From Octopus vulgaris (Eukaryota): DNA of 64,000 nucleotides. The stretch covers positions 10,292,001-10,356,000 of the forward strand of contig OX597832.1 of assembly GCA_951406725.2 (NCBI GenBank). The letters are read 5' to 3'. This document shows, piece after piece, positions 40,600-54,918 of the stretch; position 1 is the stretch's first letter, and every line of letters starts with the position of its first letter. A program made the translations under genes and the position numbers. The notes beneath the pieces are model-generated. The model ran no database searches, was not told where the DNA came from, and saw only the letters and a program-made list of their open reading frames with translations.

Positions 40600-43165
40600 C
40601 GAAATCCATATCCTTTATACCGGGATATATAACAGTTTCCTTAGATATAGAGGACCTTTCTTACAATCATTGCTGTTCCCAATAGAGGATATTTTTGAGT
40701 TAATGCAACTCTCGTTAATCAATGCCAGTTAGGGAGCTGGTAAGTTTATTGTGGACGGCAATCAGGGTACCTTAACAATTGAGATTATTTTAGAAACTCT
40801 CCATGGTCTTTACTTTGCACTAACTAAATCCTGGTATTGTCCTCTTTTCTCCTGTGTTTGAGCGCAGTATTCACATCCGGAGATATATCCACACCTATGA
40901 TGATGCTCCCTTTTTTCCCTTTTCCAGTACAAAATCTGGTCTTCCTGCACGACATTCGCGAACATTCTGTATAGTAAAATCCAATAAAACTTAATACCGC
41001 CTGTCTCTATTACACTTTCTGGTTCGTGCCGGTCTCATTTTCTTCTTCCTTTAAATATTCTCAACCCTAATTTATCCTAGTGCACGTCCTTGGCCACACT
41101 GGCATCTTAGAGTCTATATAAATTCTGTGTTAAAGGACAAGAGGTATTTATTATCATAACGGGTTTATCTTTCTCATTACATAGTCTGCACGTTGCACAT
41201 TTCGCGTATTTGTCTAATTTTGCATTAACGATATTCGTCCGCAATGACTGAATTTGAGTGAGAATTCCGAGTCCATCAGTTTCTTTCTTATGATTTTCAT
41301 TCTTCAGGCCTAACCAAGACTCTTCTGCTGAAATGCCCTACCTTTGTCTAAGATGATGACAGTATGGTTCTTATCTTTAGATGTTTTTTTCTCTCTCCGT
41401 TTTCTTTTTTTCTTGTATTCCTTTGTCGTTTTCACAATTACTTTCTCCTCTTCTCTGGCAGTTGAAATTAGTCTTTCTGAGTTGCTTCTCGTAAACACTT
41501 GTAGATCGTGTTTGACTATCTCTGCTCCGATGTCTATTCATATCAGTCCTCTCTCCACTTCTTCCGTGGCGGGTATAAACCATCCATACTTTCCCTAGAA
41601 TGAAGCGATATATACCTGGACATCGTCTTTCTTCTTTTCTCCAATCCGGAAGCGCTATATCATTTCAGAGACCGGCAATACGGTTACTGTGAATTTGCGC
41701 TTCCATCCACTGAGCTTTGAGATTAGTACCTTTATACCTTTCCTAATATATTCATTTCTTCGCTCACCTTTCATTTCCCGCAGAGGATTTTATCTGCGCC
41801 TCAAATACACCGAGGTAATTGTAACACTCACCCTGAATCATTCTTCCCATTGATGTCTTATTTGGAAGTTTAATTGATTCTGCTTTGGTATTATCTTCTC
41901 CATAGCATTTGCACTGAACACTTATCTTTTACAAACTTCATACCAATGTTATCACTCAGAGCTGTAGCAGCTTTCTCAGTTCTGGAAAATAATTTAAAGT
42001 TGTCCATAGACAGGAGGAGATATTTTTTCTCATAACTGCTAAGTTCGTGGTCTCATTGGTGAGAGTATATTCCCAGTGACTGCAAATAATTTGTCTTCAC
42101 ATATTGCTAGTATACTTCTCCATTTCCGTATACTGTTTTCTAAGACCTGGGCAACTTTTTCAGTTACCCCCATATATGGCGATGTATTCTAGCATCCAGA
42201 AGTACGCCACACATTTATTTGCATTTTCATAATTAATCCGTGCCGTTGGTAAGTCTTACCTCCTGCTTTTGACATTTCGGAGGACTTGCTGATCTATATA
42301 TAATAATTCGTTTTCCACCTGGGAAGCTTTTGCATATCCTTTCTGTTCTTCTAAGAGCATATCTCGCTCCGCAAGGTATATACATATAGATATATATATA
42401 TTTCATCGCAATAACAAATATTAGCAACGTCCACATCAGTGGAATACACAAGTTATTGATCGGTAGTTATTTGCAATATCTCCTTTCTTTTGATCTTTCA
42501 ATATCAACACTGTCCTAACTTTTGTTATCCATTAAGGAACATCTCTCCCAATACAATGGTTTGTGTGCTCATTCTGTCATGAAGCGCAGTGAAACGTTTT
42601 AGCACGAAATCCCTGGACCTAATCTAGTCCAGGAGATTTCCAATTTGGCTTCTCTTTCAAGTCATTTTTTAAACTTTTCTCATGTGATCCATATGTTTCT
42701 CTGTTTTAGTAAATCAGCGTTCTTGGAATTTATCTTTTTAAAGCATTCTGCATCGCCATTGTGTTTCACTTCGCGGCTCCAAAAGTTTTACTAGAATTTC
42801 TTTGAATTTCCATTGTTGGGTGATACGTTCACTGTAATATCTTTATTTAGTTCCTTATGAAATATACTTTGATCAGTTGCAAACAACTTATTTTGTCTAA
42901 ACTGCTCAATTCTGTTATTGTACTTGTTGATCATGGCAGTCATTACTTTTATCCTTTCCTTCAATTCTTCAATAACTTTCCTCTGTCTTTTTTGTTTCAG
43001 TAAGTACTTTCTCTGGATTTCTTCATGGAATCAGCATTTTATCTTTTTGAATCCCTACCCTCGCAACATATTTCTGAGACTGGTCTACTTGTCTCTGCAA
43101 TTGCCTTCTCCACGGAGGTTCTCTTTCTCTGTTTGTTTCGTTTACTCTGTCATTCCTTCGCAGCG
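40600..43165 (-). mobile_element. Old decayed R4/Dong-like LINE (different subfamily)
   Basis: Minus-strand motifs EPPWRRQLQRQV, NRIEQFRQNKLFATDQ, and C-terminal QKYPLLGTAMIVRKVL, followed by an (AAC)/(AAT) tract at about 40500-40575. Confidence 0.8.
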
Positions 43166-43379
43166 TGGACGGTGTTTGTAAGATATTTAAGAAACACACA
43201 AAAGCCGTTCGATTCACTTCAACATTTCAGTTTAATTTGTCAAAATATTATCGTCGCTTTAAGACCGCGACCTGTTCACTGACAACAATCCGTGCTGCAT
43301 CTGAGCAAATTAAACTTAAATGTTGAAGTGAATTGAACGGCTTTTGTGTGTTTCTTAAATGGCTTACAAACACCTTCCA
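43166..43379. repeat. Inverted repeat (~70-bp arms) whose spacer holds a variant HHR on the minus strand (43237-43285)
   Basis: Arms 43166-43239 and 43306-43379. Minus strand TTGTCA-GTGAACA-G-GTCGC-GGTCTTAAA-GCGAC-GATAA-TA-TTT-TGACAA. Confidence 0.85.
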
Positions 43380-44028
43380 TGATGCAATTGCTTTCGTTTC
43401 AGCACACGATATCAGATCAAGTCCCTTGCTATGCAAGTACATCTGTCATTCTTTCATTCTATATTTTCTTCTTTCCTTCCTTCCTTCATTATTTCTTTTT
43501 TTTTCATTCATTCATTCATTAATTTTTTTTCCTTGCTTTTTATCCCGTTGTTACTGTTGCGTAGTAGTGTTTGTAAATCAAATCAACTATTTCATAGTAT
43601 TTATGGTTATTTGTCCACCGTTCTTTCTCTGTTGGTTGGTTTTGTTATGAATTAGGTTTTACAGCATTTACTTAAATGACTAAACACCGACCATGGACAT
43701 GTGTTGATGTTTCTTTCGTATTTCTAATTACTACTGATGTGTCTGCGATAAGCCGAGAAGGAAGAGTAATGCGGATATATATGGAGGTTTTGTAAAAATA
43801 TGAAATGAATATGTAATTAAAATTTGAATTTAAAAAAAAATTAATCACAGACATACAGTTTTCGTTTAGAAATATTGCATTCCATTTGTTTACATTTTTA
43901 CACAAATGTTGCAATGGCGTATGTATGTCTGCACATATATATGTATTTATGTATGTATAAATATATATATATGTATGTTATTATGTATATGTATATATAT
44001 ATATGTATGTATTATGTATGTTATTATG

Positions 44029-44119
<91 letters not shown>

Positions 44120-44311
44120 ACACTCCATATAAGGACACACTTGTCAGTTTCCTGAGATGGCGACATTAAGACAGTTTTCTTACATTGCTTTTGCACATTC
44201 TTGATTACTGCTTCCTGCTGGTTTCAGATTTGATCTATCTTCCCTGCAGCTTGTTATCATACGTCCATGCATCAATATAATAATAATATTGATATTAATA
44301 ATAATAATAAT

Positions 44312-44367
<56 letters not shown>

Positions 44368-47300
44368 GGAACACCGGGGACGTTTAAGATGTAAGAAGGA
44401 AAATTCAGAGCTCCGAAATCTATCCACAAACATCGAAAACAAGGACATCCTATGGAGCCAAAGTTTTACTAACAAAGAATTGGACTGTATCCGAGTAAGT
44501 AATACTAATTGAAATTTATTACTATTTTCGAAACGAAATGATGTATTTTGACTCGATATCATCTCCGCCTCTAACGCAACACATGTAAACATGCGTGGAA
44601 CATCACGATCACCTCCGACCCCAAACACCATGTACAAAGGAACTACGAAGAAATTAAATGCCACCGATACTATTCAACCCAAGAATAACAATCGAAGGTA
44701 CGTACATTAAACTTACAACAAAAAATGTACGAAAAACTACACGTGCGAAATAATGTGACAACAGAAATAAACGGACCGGTACCCTACGAAAATGACGACC
44801 GTCAAAATAATGGGCCGGACATTGTACCTCATGTCCCGCAAATAAAACCCAAAAGACGTAAATGGACACGTGAGGAATACATTTCTATCTTACACGCATA
44901 CTTCACAGCAGTACTCTACCCAAAAAATGAAAATACAACAACACATACATATAAAATATGGAAGGAAAATAGTAGAGATATAGACTTGGATACAGCAATG
45001 AACCCTAATAAATTGGCTAACGTACGAAGATACATTCTCAACACAAAAAAAATATCAGAAATAGAAATAGAACACCTAAAAGAAAACATACACCAGGAAA
45101 ATGTAGATAGAAGCCACACAACAATGCCCAATAATATAAACACTGAAACTGTAAAACACGAAGACAAACGCAACATTCCCAACAAACACGATGTAAACAA
45201 CGAAGGGGAGCCTAATGATTATAATAATATAAAAAAAAAAAAAATAATCAAAGAACTGAAAACCACAGAGCTCAAAATGGACCACCGACCATACCTCCCA
45301 AGAATCAAAATAAACAAAATAACAACACCTATTATAAACAGCATAAACCTAACCGTCACTGAACTGATAGCCACTGAATAAAAAAAAGTGATATCACTGA
45401 GCTAAATAACCTAATATACGCAGCAGCCACTGCAGCCACAAAAGAAGCTGGATACTCACCCAAACCCGCCCAAACAGGAGTACCACCACCCAAACAAACC
45501 CTGTGGATAAATAACATCCAAAGCAAAATAAAAAAAAATTAGAAAAGACCTGTCGATTCTTAATGAAATCAGCAAACAATCAACGCTACTGAGCAACAAA
45601 AAGAGAACAAAAATACTCCGCAAATATAACATCACAGAGAAAGATTTGCCTGAAATAAAAGAAAAGCTGAAGCAAGATATCCTTGCCAAAGCACAAAGGA
45701 TCCGCCGGTACAAGAAACGCCAACGCTTCTTTGAAGAAAACAAAAAGTTCAACTCCAACCCCAAAAAGTTCTACCAAGAACTGGGAAAAAATAAAATAGG
45801 AGTCACTGCAGCACCAACGGCAGAAGAATTGGAAGAATTCTGGGGAGAAATATGGTCGGCGAACGAACCACTAAAAAAAGGAGTATCAGAATAACAAACT
45901 CGGCATCTGAACAACTTTGGACCCCCATAACAACTGAAGAGGTCACCCAGGCACTGCAAAAACTAAGCAACTGGAAAGCACCTGGGCATGACAAGATCCC
46001 CAACTTCTGGTTGAAATATCTAACAGGAATGCACAAAAAGCTGGCTGAAAACCTTAACAACGTACTAGCAGAGCCAGAGACAATGCCTGAATGGCTCACG
46101 AAGGGGAAAACCATCTTAATTCCCAAATCAAATGAAACAGAAAAACCAGAAAGCTACAGACCAATAACCTGTCTCCCTACTATGTTCAAGGCATTTACTG
46201 CAGTGATATCACAAAGGCTGAACAAGCACCTGGACGAAAACAAAGTGTTCCCAGAAGAGCAGAAAGGATGCCGCAAAGTCTCATATGGCTGTAAAGATCA
46301 ACTAATGATTAATAAAGCCATAACTGAAGACAGCCACAGAAAGAAGAAAGGCCTCAGTATGGCCTGGATTGACTACAAAAAGGCGTTTGATAGCATCCCC
46401 CACACATGGATCCTCGAAACACTAGCCATTAACAAAGTAGCACCAACAATCATAAAATTCATAGAGCACTCTATGAATAAATGGCAAGCAGTCCTACACG
46501 TCAAAACAAAAGAGGGACTCATGAAAACCAAAGACATCCCCATTAGAAGAGGAATATTCCAGGGAGACACGCTCTCTCCACTCCTTTTCTGCTTGGCACT
46601 GTCACCTCTATCTGATATGCTAAATAGAACTGGATGCGGATATAAATGTTACGGCAAAACGATCAGCCACCTTTTATATATGGATGACCTAAAACTATAC
46701 GCTGCAAATGACAAACAGCTGGAAACACTATTAAAGACAGTTCATGGATTTACCAAAGAAATAGATATGAAATTTGGATTAGAAAAATGCCCCAAAGTAA
46801 CCCTGAAAAGAGGAAAACTAGTTAAGAGTAACAACATCACACTAGATAAAACCAATTAAATAAAAGAACTGGACGCGAAATGAACTGGACACGAAATGAA
46901 CTGACCAAAATAGATAGGAAAACAAGAAAAATAATGACAGGATCACCCAAAATCTGACATAGAAAGACTATATATACAACGTATGGAAGGTGGTAGAGGC
47001 CTTATACAGCTAGAAAACCACTATACAATAACCACCATAGGACTGCAAAAATATCTACTTCAGAAGGAAGGATAACTGATCCAGGTAGCGGCAAAACACG
47101 AGCAAAACAAAAAACTGTTCTCAGTATTTAAGGAAGCTGACAAATACAAACAAGAAATCATACCACCTAATAAACATGAAGAAGAAGAAGAAGAAGATGA
47201 AGAAACAACAAAAGCGATAAAACAAATGAAATCCAAACTAAAAATAGAACAGCAATGAACCATGATAAAACGATGGCAAGAAAAACCCCTTCATGGTAAA

Positions 47301-48126
47301 TACTGCACTAAACTAAACGCAAAAGAAATAGACAAAGAAAAATCCCAGCAATGGTTGAGAAGCTCAGGACTCAAAGCAGAAACAGAGGGATTTTTAATCG
47401 CAGCACAAGACCAAAGCCTCCCCACCAGAAATTACCAAAAACATGTAATGAAAAGAAATATTACAAGTAACTGCAGAATATGTGGAGATGGACAGGAAAC
47501 AATAAATCATATTATCTCTAGCTGCCCAGTCCTGGCTAAGAAGGAATATATTCACAGACATGACAGAGTTGGAACCTACATACATTGGAAGCTATTATGG
47601 AATAACAACAGAAAAAAGATGGTATAGGCACACACCAGAAAAGGTCACAGAAAACGAGAAAGCAACCATACTCTGGGATATGCCGATACACACAGATAGA
47701 GAAATTAAGGCCAACAGACCAGATATAGTTGTCAGAGATCATGAAGAAAAAAATGCTTTCTAATTGATGTATCAATACCGGCTGATGACAACGTGTCTCT
47801 AAAAGAAATGGAGAAACTCTCAAAATACAAAGACCTGGAAATAGAGGTAACTAGAATGTGGAATCTGAAAAAAGAAACAATTCCTATCATAGTAGGTGCA
47901 TTAGGCATGATAAAAAAATATTCAGACAAATACATAACAAAAACACCAGGACTTACAAACACATATAACATACAGAAAATTGCACTACTAGGCACTGCAC
48001 ACATCCTACGCAGAACACTTTCCATACAATAACCATCAGAACATCACAACAAATCACAGCGTATACCCAAGGCACACAGAGCTGCGCTCGGTAGTGAAGT
48101 GAAAGCACGCTATAAAAATAAAACTA

Positions 48127-48129
<3 letters not shown>
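44368..48129 (+). mobile_element. Near full-length R4-clade (Dong-like) non-LTR retrotransposon inserted in (AAT)n
   Basis: Single broken ORF: N-terminal RRKWTREE motif, RT motifs, CCHC knuckle CRICGDGQETINHIISSC, RHD, RLE motifs NRPDIVV..IDVSIP..EKLSKYKDL..IIVGALG..QKIALLGTAHILRRTL. (AAT)n on both sides. Confidence 0.93.
45852..46859 (+). pseudogene. Reverse transcriptase domain of the Dong-like element
   Basis: KAPGHDKIPNFWLK, YRPITCLPT, EEQKG, WIDYKKAFDSIPH, GIFQGDTLSPLLF, HLLYMDDLKLY, FGLEKC. The ORF is disrupted up- and downstream by frameshifts and a deletion. Confidence 0.95.
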
Positions 48130-48432
<303 letters not shown>

Positions 48433-49044
48433 CGCTGTTGTTGTTTTATCATTCTTGCTATTACGATCATCATCATCATTATCTATTTCAATATTAGTCT
48501 TATAGTAATAACTAAATATTTTTCTTTCATTTATTTTACAGAAGGATTGTACGGGAACTATTGACATATTGTTTAAATATTATGCAATATTCTCACTACG
48601 ATAAAAGTCTCAAACGAAAGTTTAAGGATATGCAATGTCACACACATCGACTAAATGTCACTGGTAATATCAGAATTAACTTCAGATTAATGTCCTGCAT
48701 GAAATCTTAAAAACTCACCTCTCACAATGAATCGAGGACTTTTCAGCTACTAATTCTATTTACACTGAAGTTACTGAGCAACCTTTTATAAGTTTCCCTT
48801 GCATAATAAAAAAAAACTATATTTGGAAATCCTGCTTTGTACACAAATCTTTATAATTTATGTCATTGCATATGAAAATTCGCCAGATGACCTAGTAGGC
48901 TTTAAGAAAGGTTAATTTCGTACAAAAAATGCTGTTTACAAGTAAAGACTCGGTAATAGGTTTAAATCTTCAAACAGCTTCACGACATACAGTCATAGAG
49001 AATACATGTCACCCTCATTGAAAACATTATATATATATATAATT

Positions 49045-49330
49045 TTATTCTTTTACTTGTTTCAGTCATTTGACTGCAGCCATGCAGGAGCAACGCCTTT
49101 GGTCGAATAAATCGAGCCAGAACTTATTCTTTGTAAGTCTAGTACTTATTTTAGCGGCTCTTTTGCCGAACCGTTAATTCATGTGGACGTAATCATACCA
49201 GCATCGTTTGTGAAGTGGTGTCGGTGGGGGTGACTACTTTTCACCCACAAACAATCCTGACCGGACTTGTGCTGAGGAGGGCAACTTTCTAGGTGCAATT
49301 CCATGGTCATTCACGACCGAAGAGGGTCCT
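49045..49330. mobile_element. SINE fragments: family A 3' half (minus, 49045-49225) joined to family B 3' tail (plus, about 49240-49330)
   Basis: Similarity to 14330-14500 and to 27460-27550. Confidence 0.75.
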
Positions 49331-49383
49331 TTATACATGCATATACATACATGCATACACACACACAAGCACACACACACACG

Positions 49384-49415
<32 letters not shown>

Positions 49416-49599
49416 AATATAAAAAATTGTATATGTACTTGTATATATTTACGTATACCTATGTATTTATATACGTAGGCGAGATTGGATGTTAAGAAGC
49501 TTCCTTCCGAACTATCTGGTTCCAGGTTCAGTCAATCATACATTTATAAATATCTATGCATCTATGAATGTTCGTCAGCGCACGCATATAAATACAAGG

Positions 49600-50072
49600 A
49601 ATAGTTTTATTCATCAAAAAATGCATCCATATTATCAATAGACTTTTGCCATTTCAGCGTTAGCATGTCCAAACCTGAACTGTAAAATCTTGGCAATCTA
49701 CAGTCAACATAATTTGCGAAGGCCTGTTTTACAGCATCGTCGGATTAAATTTTTTTCCTATCAAAAAGTTATCCAAATTCTGGAAGAAGTGGTAGTCAGT
49801 GGGGGCAAGGTCAGGTGAGTATGGTGGATGATAGGCCACTTCCAACTCCAAATCCTGCAGTTTAGCCATTGTCATTTTTGCAAAGTTTGGTGTGGCATTC
49901 ACTGGCAATAAAATAGGAGTGGAAATGTTGAATAATATGGACTGCTTTTTGTAAGTTTCTGCATCGTTTGGTCCAGTTGGCTGCAGTATACTTCGGCCGT
50001 GATTGATGAGCCAGGTTCAATGAAATCATAATATATTACACCTCCGTTAGTCCACTAAACACACATCATCAG

Positions 50073-50074
<2 letters not shown>
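49600..50074 (-). mobile_element. Mariner transposase 3' fragment
   Basis: KLMMCV*W..GVIYYDFIEPGSSITAEVYCSQLD ... HPPYSPDLAPTDYHFFQNLDNFL ... KWQKSID. The 5' part is replaced by (TA)n(GA)n and a SINE. Confidence 0.88.
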
Positions 50075-50138
<64 letters not shown>

Positions 50139-50142
<4 letters not shown>

Positions 50143-50543
50143 TAGGAGTGGCTGTGTGGTAAGTAGCTTGCTTACCAACCACATGGTTCCGGGTTCAGTC
50201 CCACTGCGTGGCATCTTGGGCAAGTGTCTTCTGCTATAGCCTCGGCTCGACCAATGCCTTGTGAGTCGATTTGGTAGACGGAAACTGAAAGAAGCCTGTC
50301 GTATATATATATATGTATGTATGTGTGTGTATATTTTTGTGTGTTTGTCCCCCTTGCATTCCTTGACAGCCGATGCTGGTGTGTTTACGTCCCCGTCACT
50401 TAGCGGTTCGGTAAAAGAGACCGATAGAATAAGTACTAGGCTTACAAAGAATAAGTCCTGGGGAGATTTGCTCGACTAAAGGCGGTGCTCCAGCATGGCC
50501 GCAGTCATATGACTGAAACAAGTAAAAGAGTAAGAGTAAGAGT
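50139..50543 (+). mobile_element. SINE family A copy, full length
   Basis: Matches 14102-14515. Confidence 0.92.
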
Positions 50544-50834
50544 ATATATATATGCATGTATGTGTATGTATGTATGTATTTATGATTGTACATATTTACG
50601 ATATAGAAAAATGAATACGCTAGAATTTTTAAATTCGTGCAAGAAAGACAAATATTTGCAGTGCAGCTGACTACCGACTATCAATTTAAATCCATCCTCT
50701 TTTATTGAATGTTCTGCAAGTTTTAAATATTTTTTTAGTATTGCAGCTACACCTTAGTCGTGCATCATCTTCAATGCAGTGAGTTTCAGAAAATCATAAT
50801 GAAACTGTTCTCGTCCAATATAGTACTATTGCAT

Positions 50835-50894
<60 letters not shown>

Positions 50895-50898
<4 letters not shown>

Positions 50899-51063
50899 CT
50901 CCAAACAAGAAAACACAAAAAAACACAACGACGCGAGGACGTGGAACAAATATAGTATTATTGGACCCTCAGGAAAGAAGGGAAGAAGGAGGGATTAACG
51001 ATTCGAGCGGAGCTCTTCGCCGGAAACATAGGAGAAGGAAAGATCCAGAGAAGGGAAGACAGA

Positions 51064-51066
<3 letters not shown>
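50895..51066 (-). mobile_element. Short element embedded in (TA)n with a degenerate minimal HHR-like motif
   Basis: Flanked by (TA)n on both sides. Minus strand TTT-CCGGCGA-A-GAGC-TCC-GCTC-GAAT-CG-TTA (about 50995-51026). Confidence 0.5.
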
Positions 51067-51121
<55 letters not shown>

Positions 51122-51644
51122 TACTTGCCGTTGTTCCATCGAAAAAAAATTTCATGTGGGCTTCTAAAATTCAGTAACTCAATATTTTAGGGTGGCAATT
51201 TCGGCTTTTCTGTAGAGACTGACGATATCAAACACAGTATAAAATATTTTAGGAAAATATGGCAAGTAATGTCCGAATACTGTAGAAAATAATGTCATGT
51301 TTTCTCGGTACAAGGTAATTTTTAAGTAAGCAAATATTGATCCAAAGTGTTGTGTTTTCTTCTCTGTACATATGTGTAGTCAACACTTAATTTCCTTGGA
51401 AATAAAACGAAATTATATTTTAGATTAAGCATGGACTTCTAACCTACTGAAAAAGAAAGATTTAAAGTGAGTACTGGATATCACTGAAGCTAACCAAATG
51501 TATTTACATAAAGATATATACTTAACGTTTATACCAAAAGCTTTAAATGTGCGTTCGGAGGTATAGTCCCATATGCTTGAGATACAAGACTCTGTGGCTT
51601 TGATATTCCACCATTTTAAACGGGACATCTTTCTTTCACTAAAA

Positions 51645-51795
51645 GTTGGGTGAACTGGAGCAATGTAAAAAAGCGAAAAAAGTGTGTGTGGGGGGGTTTA
51701 CTCAAGAACAAAACACATCACCCGGTGCAGGAATCGAATTTACAAACCTGTGATCATTAAGATGAATCACCATTATATACTGGGTCACGAATCTT
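51645..51795 (-). mobile_element. Degenerate CORE-SINE 5' half
   Basis: Plus strand GGGTGAACTGGAGCAA..CTCAAGAACAAAAC..CCGGTGCAGGAATCGAA matches the reverse complement of the family B head and CORE. Confidence 0.6.
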
Positions 51796-51830
51796 CACTC
51801 GTATGTAGGTGGTCACTTACATATACATAC

Positions 51831-51904
<74 letters not shown>

Positions 51905-51933
51905 GTCTATGGGTGTGTGTGTGTATGTGTATT

Positions 51934-52000
<67 letters not shown>

Positions 52001-52137
52001 GATACAGATATAAACTGATAACACGTACGGATGTTTTATCCCTTAGTCGGTTACTACAAGAGCCTACTCTATTTATATATGTATATTTATAAATGTATAT
52101 TATATACATATACATACATACACACACATAGACACAC

Positions 52138-52187
<50 letters not shown>

Positions 52188-53578
52188 GAGAAAAGATTAG
52201 AAATCTATCGATATCAATTTTTTATATCATACATCTACAGTAGTAGTTGTTTAAATTTTGAACATTAAAACTTAGTTGATTTTAATTTAGAAAGTAACAT
52301 TATAAAATATCGACACACTAGAATATTTAAAAAATTAATACTAGAAATACAAATTTATCTAAAGTGTTCTGCAAAATAGAATGATATATACGGTAGGCAA
52401 ATTCTTTATGTAAGAAATAGACATTGGGTCAAATTTTACTCTACATTTTTTGTTATTGTTAGATTTTACTGTAGCGTATAACTAATTTTGGCATTATTCT
52501 ATTCATTGTAATAACTTATAATGTACTACTATTATTTTCGTAACCCGTTTTGAAATTTCTAGTTATTATATTACTAACTAAATGAAGTTTTTAAAGTGCA
52601 AAAGTTATTTTTAATTTTTACTAGAAGGAACAAGTAATAACAAATTAGAAGTCATACTTTGTAATAAAATTTCTACTTTTAATAAAAGTTAACATTTTCT
52701 GAATCTAAATATTTTATTTGAAATTTTATCTTTAGCTGTAATATTTTAAGTGGAAAAAATCATGTTCTGCACTTTACCAGATGTAATAAATTGTCCTGAA
52801 ATTTTCCACGTGAAATAACTTGTCGTATACTTTTCCAGGATTATAATCTTAAGAATAATATTTCTCGTGTTCACAATTTCCTATGTAATATAAAAGATGG
52901 AGGTGAAAATAGTACACAAATCTAAGATATTTCAATTTAAGACGGAATTTAATAAAATATTATTAAAATTTGTAAAGCAGATATTGCCGGTTCGATGTAT
53001 ATTATCTTTTCAAATATTAGTAAATAAAAATTATAATTTGAAATAAAAATAGTTTATCTTCTGTCTGGGAGACAAGAACATGTCTGAAGGTTTTTTCGCT
53101 GAAGCCTTCTTCAAATATTATTTGGTATATTGTTGGAAGTGAGTTAATGTGTGTCTATTGTTTGAAAGAAATCTTTGTGTGTTCCTGCCAATGGAGTGTC
53201 TCATAATTGCTTTAATGGTTTTCATGTCCACGTGTGTGTGTTTGCATGTGTATGTACGTGTGTTTGTGTGTGCGTGTGTGTATCTATATTTTCATGAATT
53301 CCCTTTCAATACGCTTTGCAAAAGTGAACAGCTTTGAGTTAATGGGTGTGTATGTTGAATTTGGATTTATCTTTTGGTTAGTTGTATTCCTTTGAGTGTC
53401 TCCACCTGTGTGTATGTTGGTGGCCAACAGCTGTGTGTATATGTGTGAGTGTGTGTTTGTTAGCGTATGTGTAAGTGTACTTGTGGGTGTGAGAGTGTGC
53501 TTCTTTGAGATGTTTTCCGTTGTGTGTATGTGTGTGTACAGAGTTGTGTGTTTCTGTGTCTTGGCAGGTGATTTATAT

Positions 53579-53810
53579 TAACGAACATTATTTATAACAT
53601 TCCATCTAATTTTATAGGCTTTATTACTATAGTTAAGTTTCTAGATAAATTTACTAAGGTTTGTGCTGTTATGTTTATTCATATTTCAAAATGAGGTTTC
53701 ATGTTTCCCTATACGATATTTCACGTAGATCAATTAGCACTAATAATATCATCTCCATATATTTCTGTAATACGGTTTCTTATTAGGTACATAAATATAA
53801 CCACTATCTT
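53579..53810 (-). pseudogene. GIY-YIG endonuclease relic
   Basis: SGYIY/LIRNRITEIYG followed by RIGKHETSF*NMNKHNSTNLSKFI*KLNYSNKAYKIRWNVI, matching the R..H..SF......NSTxLSxxIW.L......I.W pattern of PLE-type GIY-YIG domains. Confidence 0.6.
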
Positions 53811-54918
53811 TATCCTCATAACTTGGAATTAACCCTTAATATTAATATTAAATGTTTCACTTATTCTGATTTGTACTTCGATTTGTATACTTCATCCCAT
53901 ACTTATATTATCATAATACAATAATACATAATATCACACCCATTGTCAAACCCACCTTATTTATACTATATGTATCTCACACATATCCAAACCTTACCTG
54001 AACTTACAACATCATCCCAAATTGTATCATCTATTTACTATTATCTTTATGCAATACTGTTATCGTCTTAGTTAATTCAATATTTGTTACACAATATATA
54101 CATACATTGAAATAATAAATTATTGTATATTATTTTTCAGCTGCATATTATATACTTCACCAGTTATATTTTTTAATATTTAGGACACCCATATAACGCA
54201 TATAACCCACATGTTAATTAATTGACATGAGTATGGTTATTTATTAAAACAGTCATTATATAAAAAAATATGTAATACCAGTATATGAGTATAATTTTAA
54301 TCTATTGGTCTCTCATCTTGTAATAATTCAATAATTTACCTCAAAGCTTACTATTAATCTATAATACCAATCTAAACGTTAAATAGAATGTACATATAAT
54401 AGTCATTAAACAAACCCCCAACATATATATCTTTAATATAACCCCTATTTTTACATAAATGCTGTAAATTTTATTTTCTAAAATTTCATAATTCAGTATC
54501 AATGACTGTTCATACTTTTAATATATTGTAAAATATATAAATATGAAACTTAAAACTATACGTGCGTATTTATATCTTTATTAATCCTAGTAAAACACAT
54601 GATATTTTTGCATTATTATAAAAAGGAAATCTGACATAGTTAACCATATGAAAAAGGGACATTATTAGTTAGTCACATTTTGACAGAGGGAAATAATACA
54701 ATAACAACGGTTTTTTAAAAATTTCTCTCGCATCTCCTATGTGAGAAAAATAAAGTTCTTTTTCATACACCTAATATTTATTTTATATACCTAATATAAT
54801 AGTAGGGTATAATATTTATATCCCTAATATTTTTATATACCTAATATTTAAATTTTTTTCTTCGAACACCGGAAATTATATCCTAACCCATTTAAGCCTA
54901 GATATTACCAATATGATA

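Noticed and set aside
50060-50074. CTGATGA on the minus strand
   Set aside because: Part of the mariner coding sequence (KLMMCV), with no GAAA or stem architecture.
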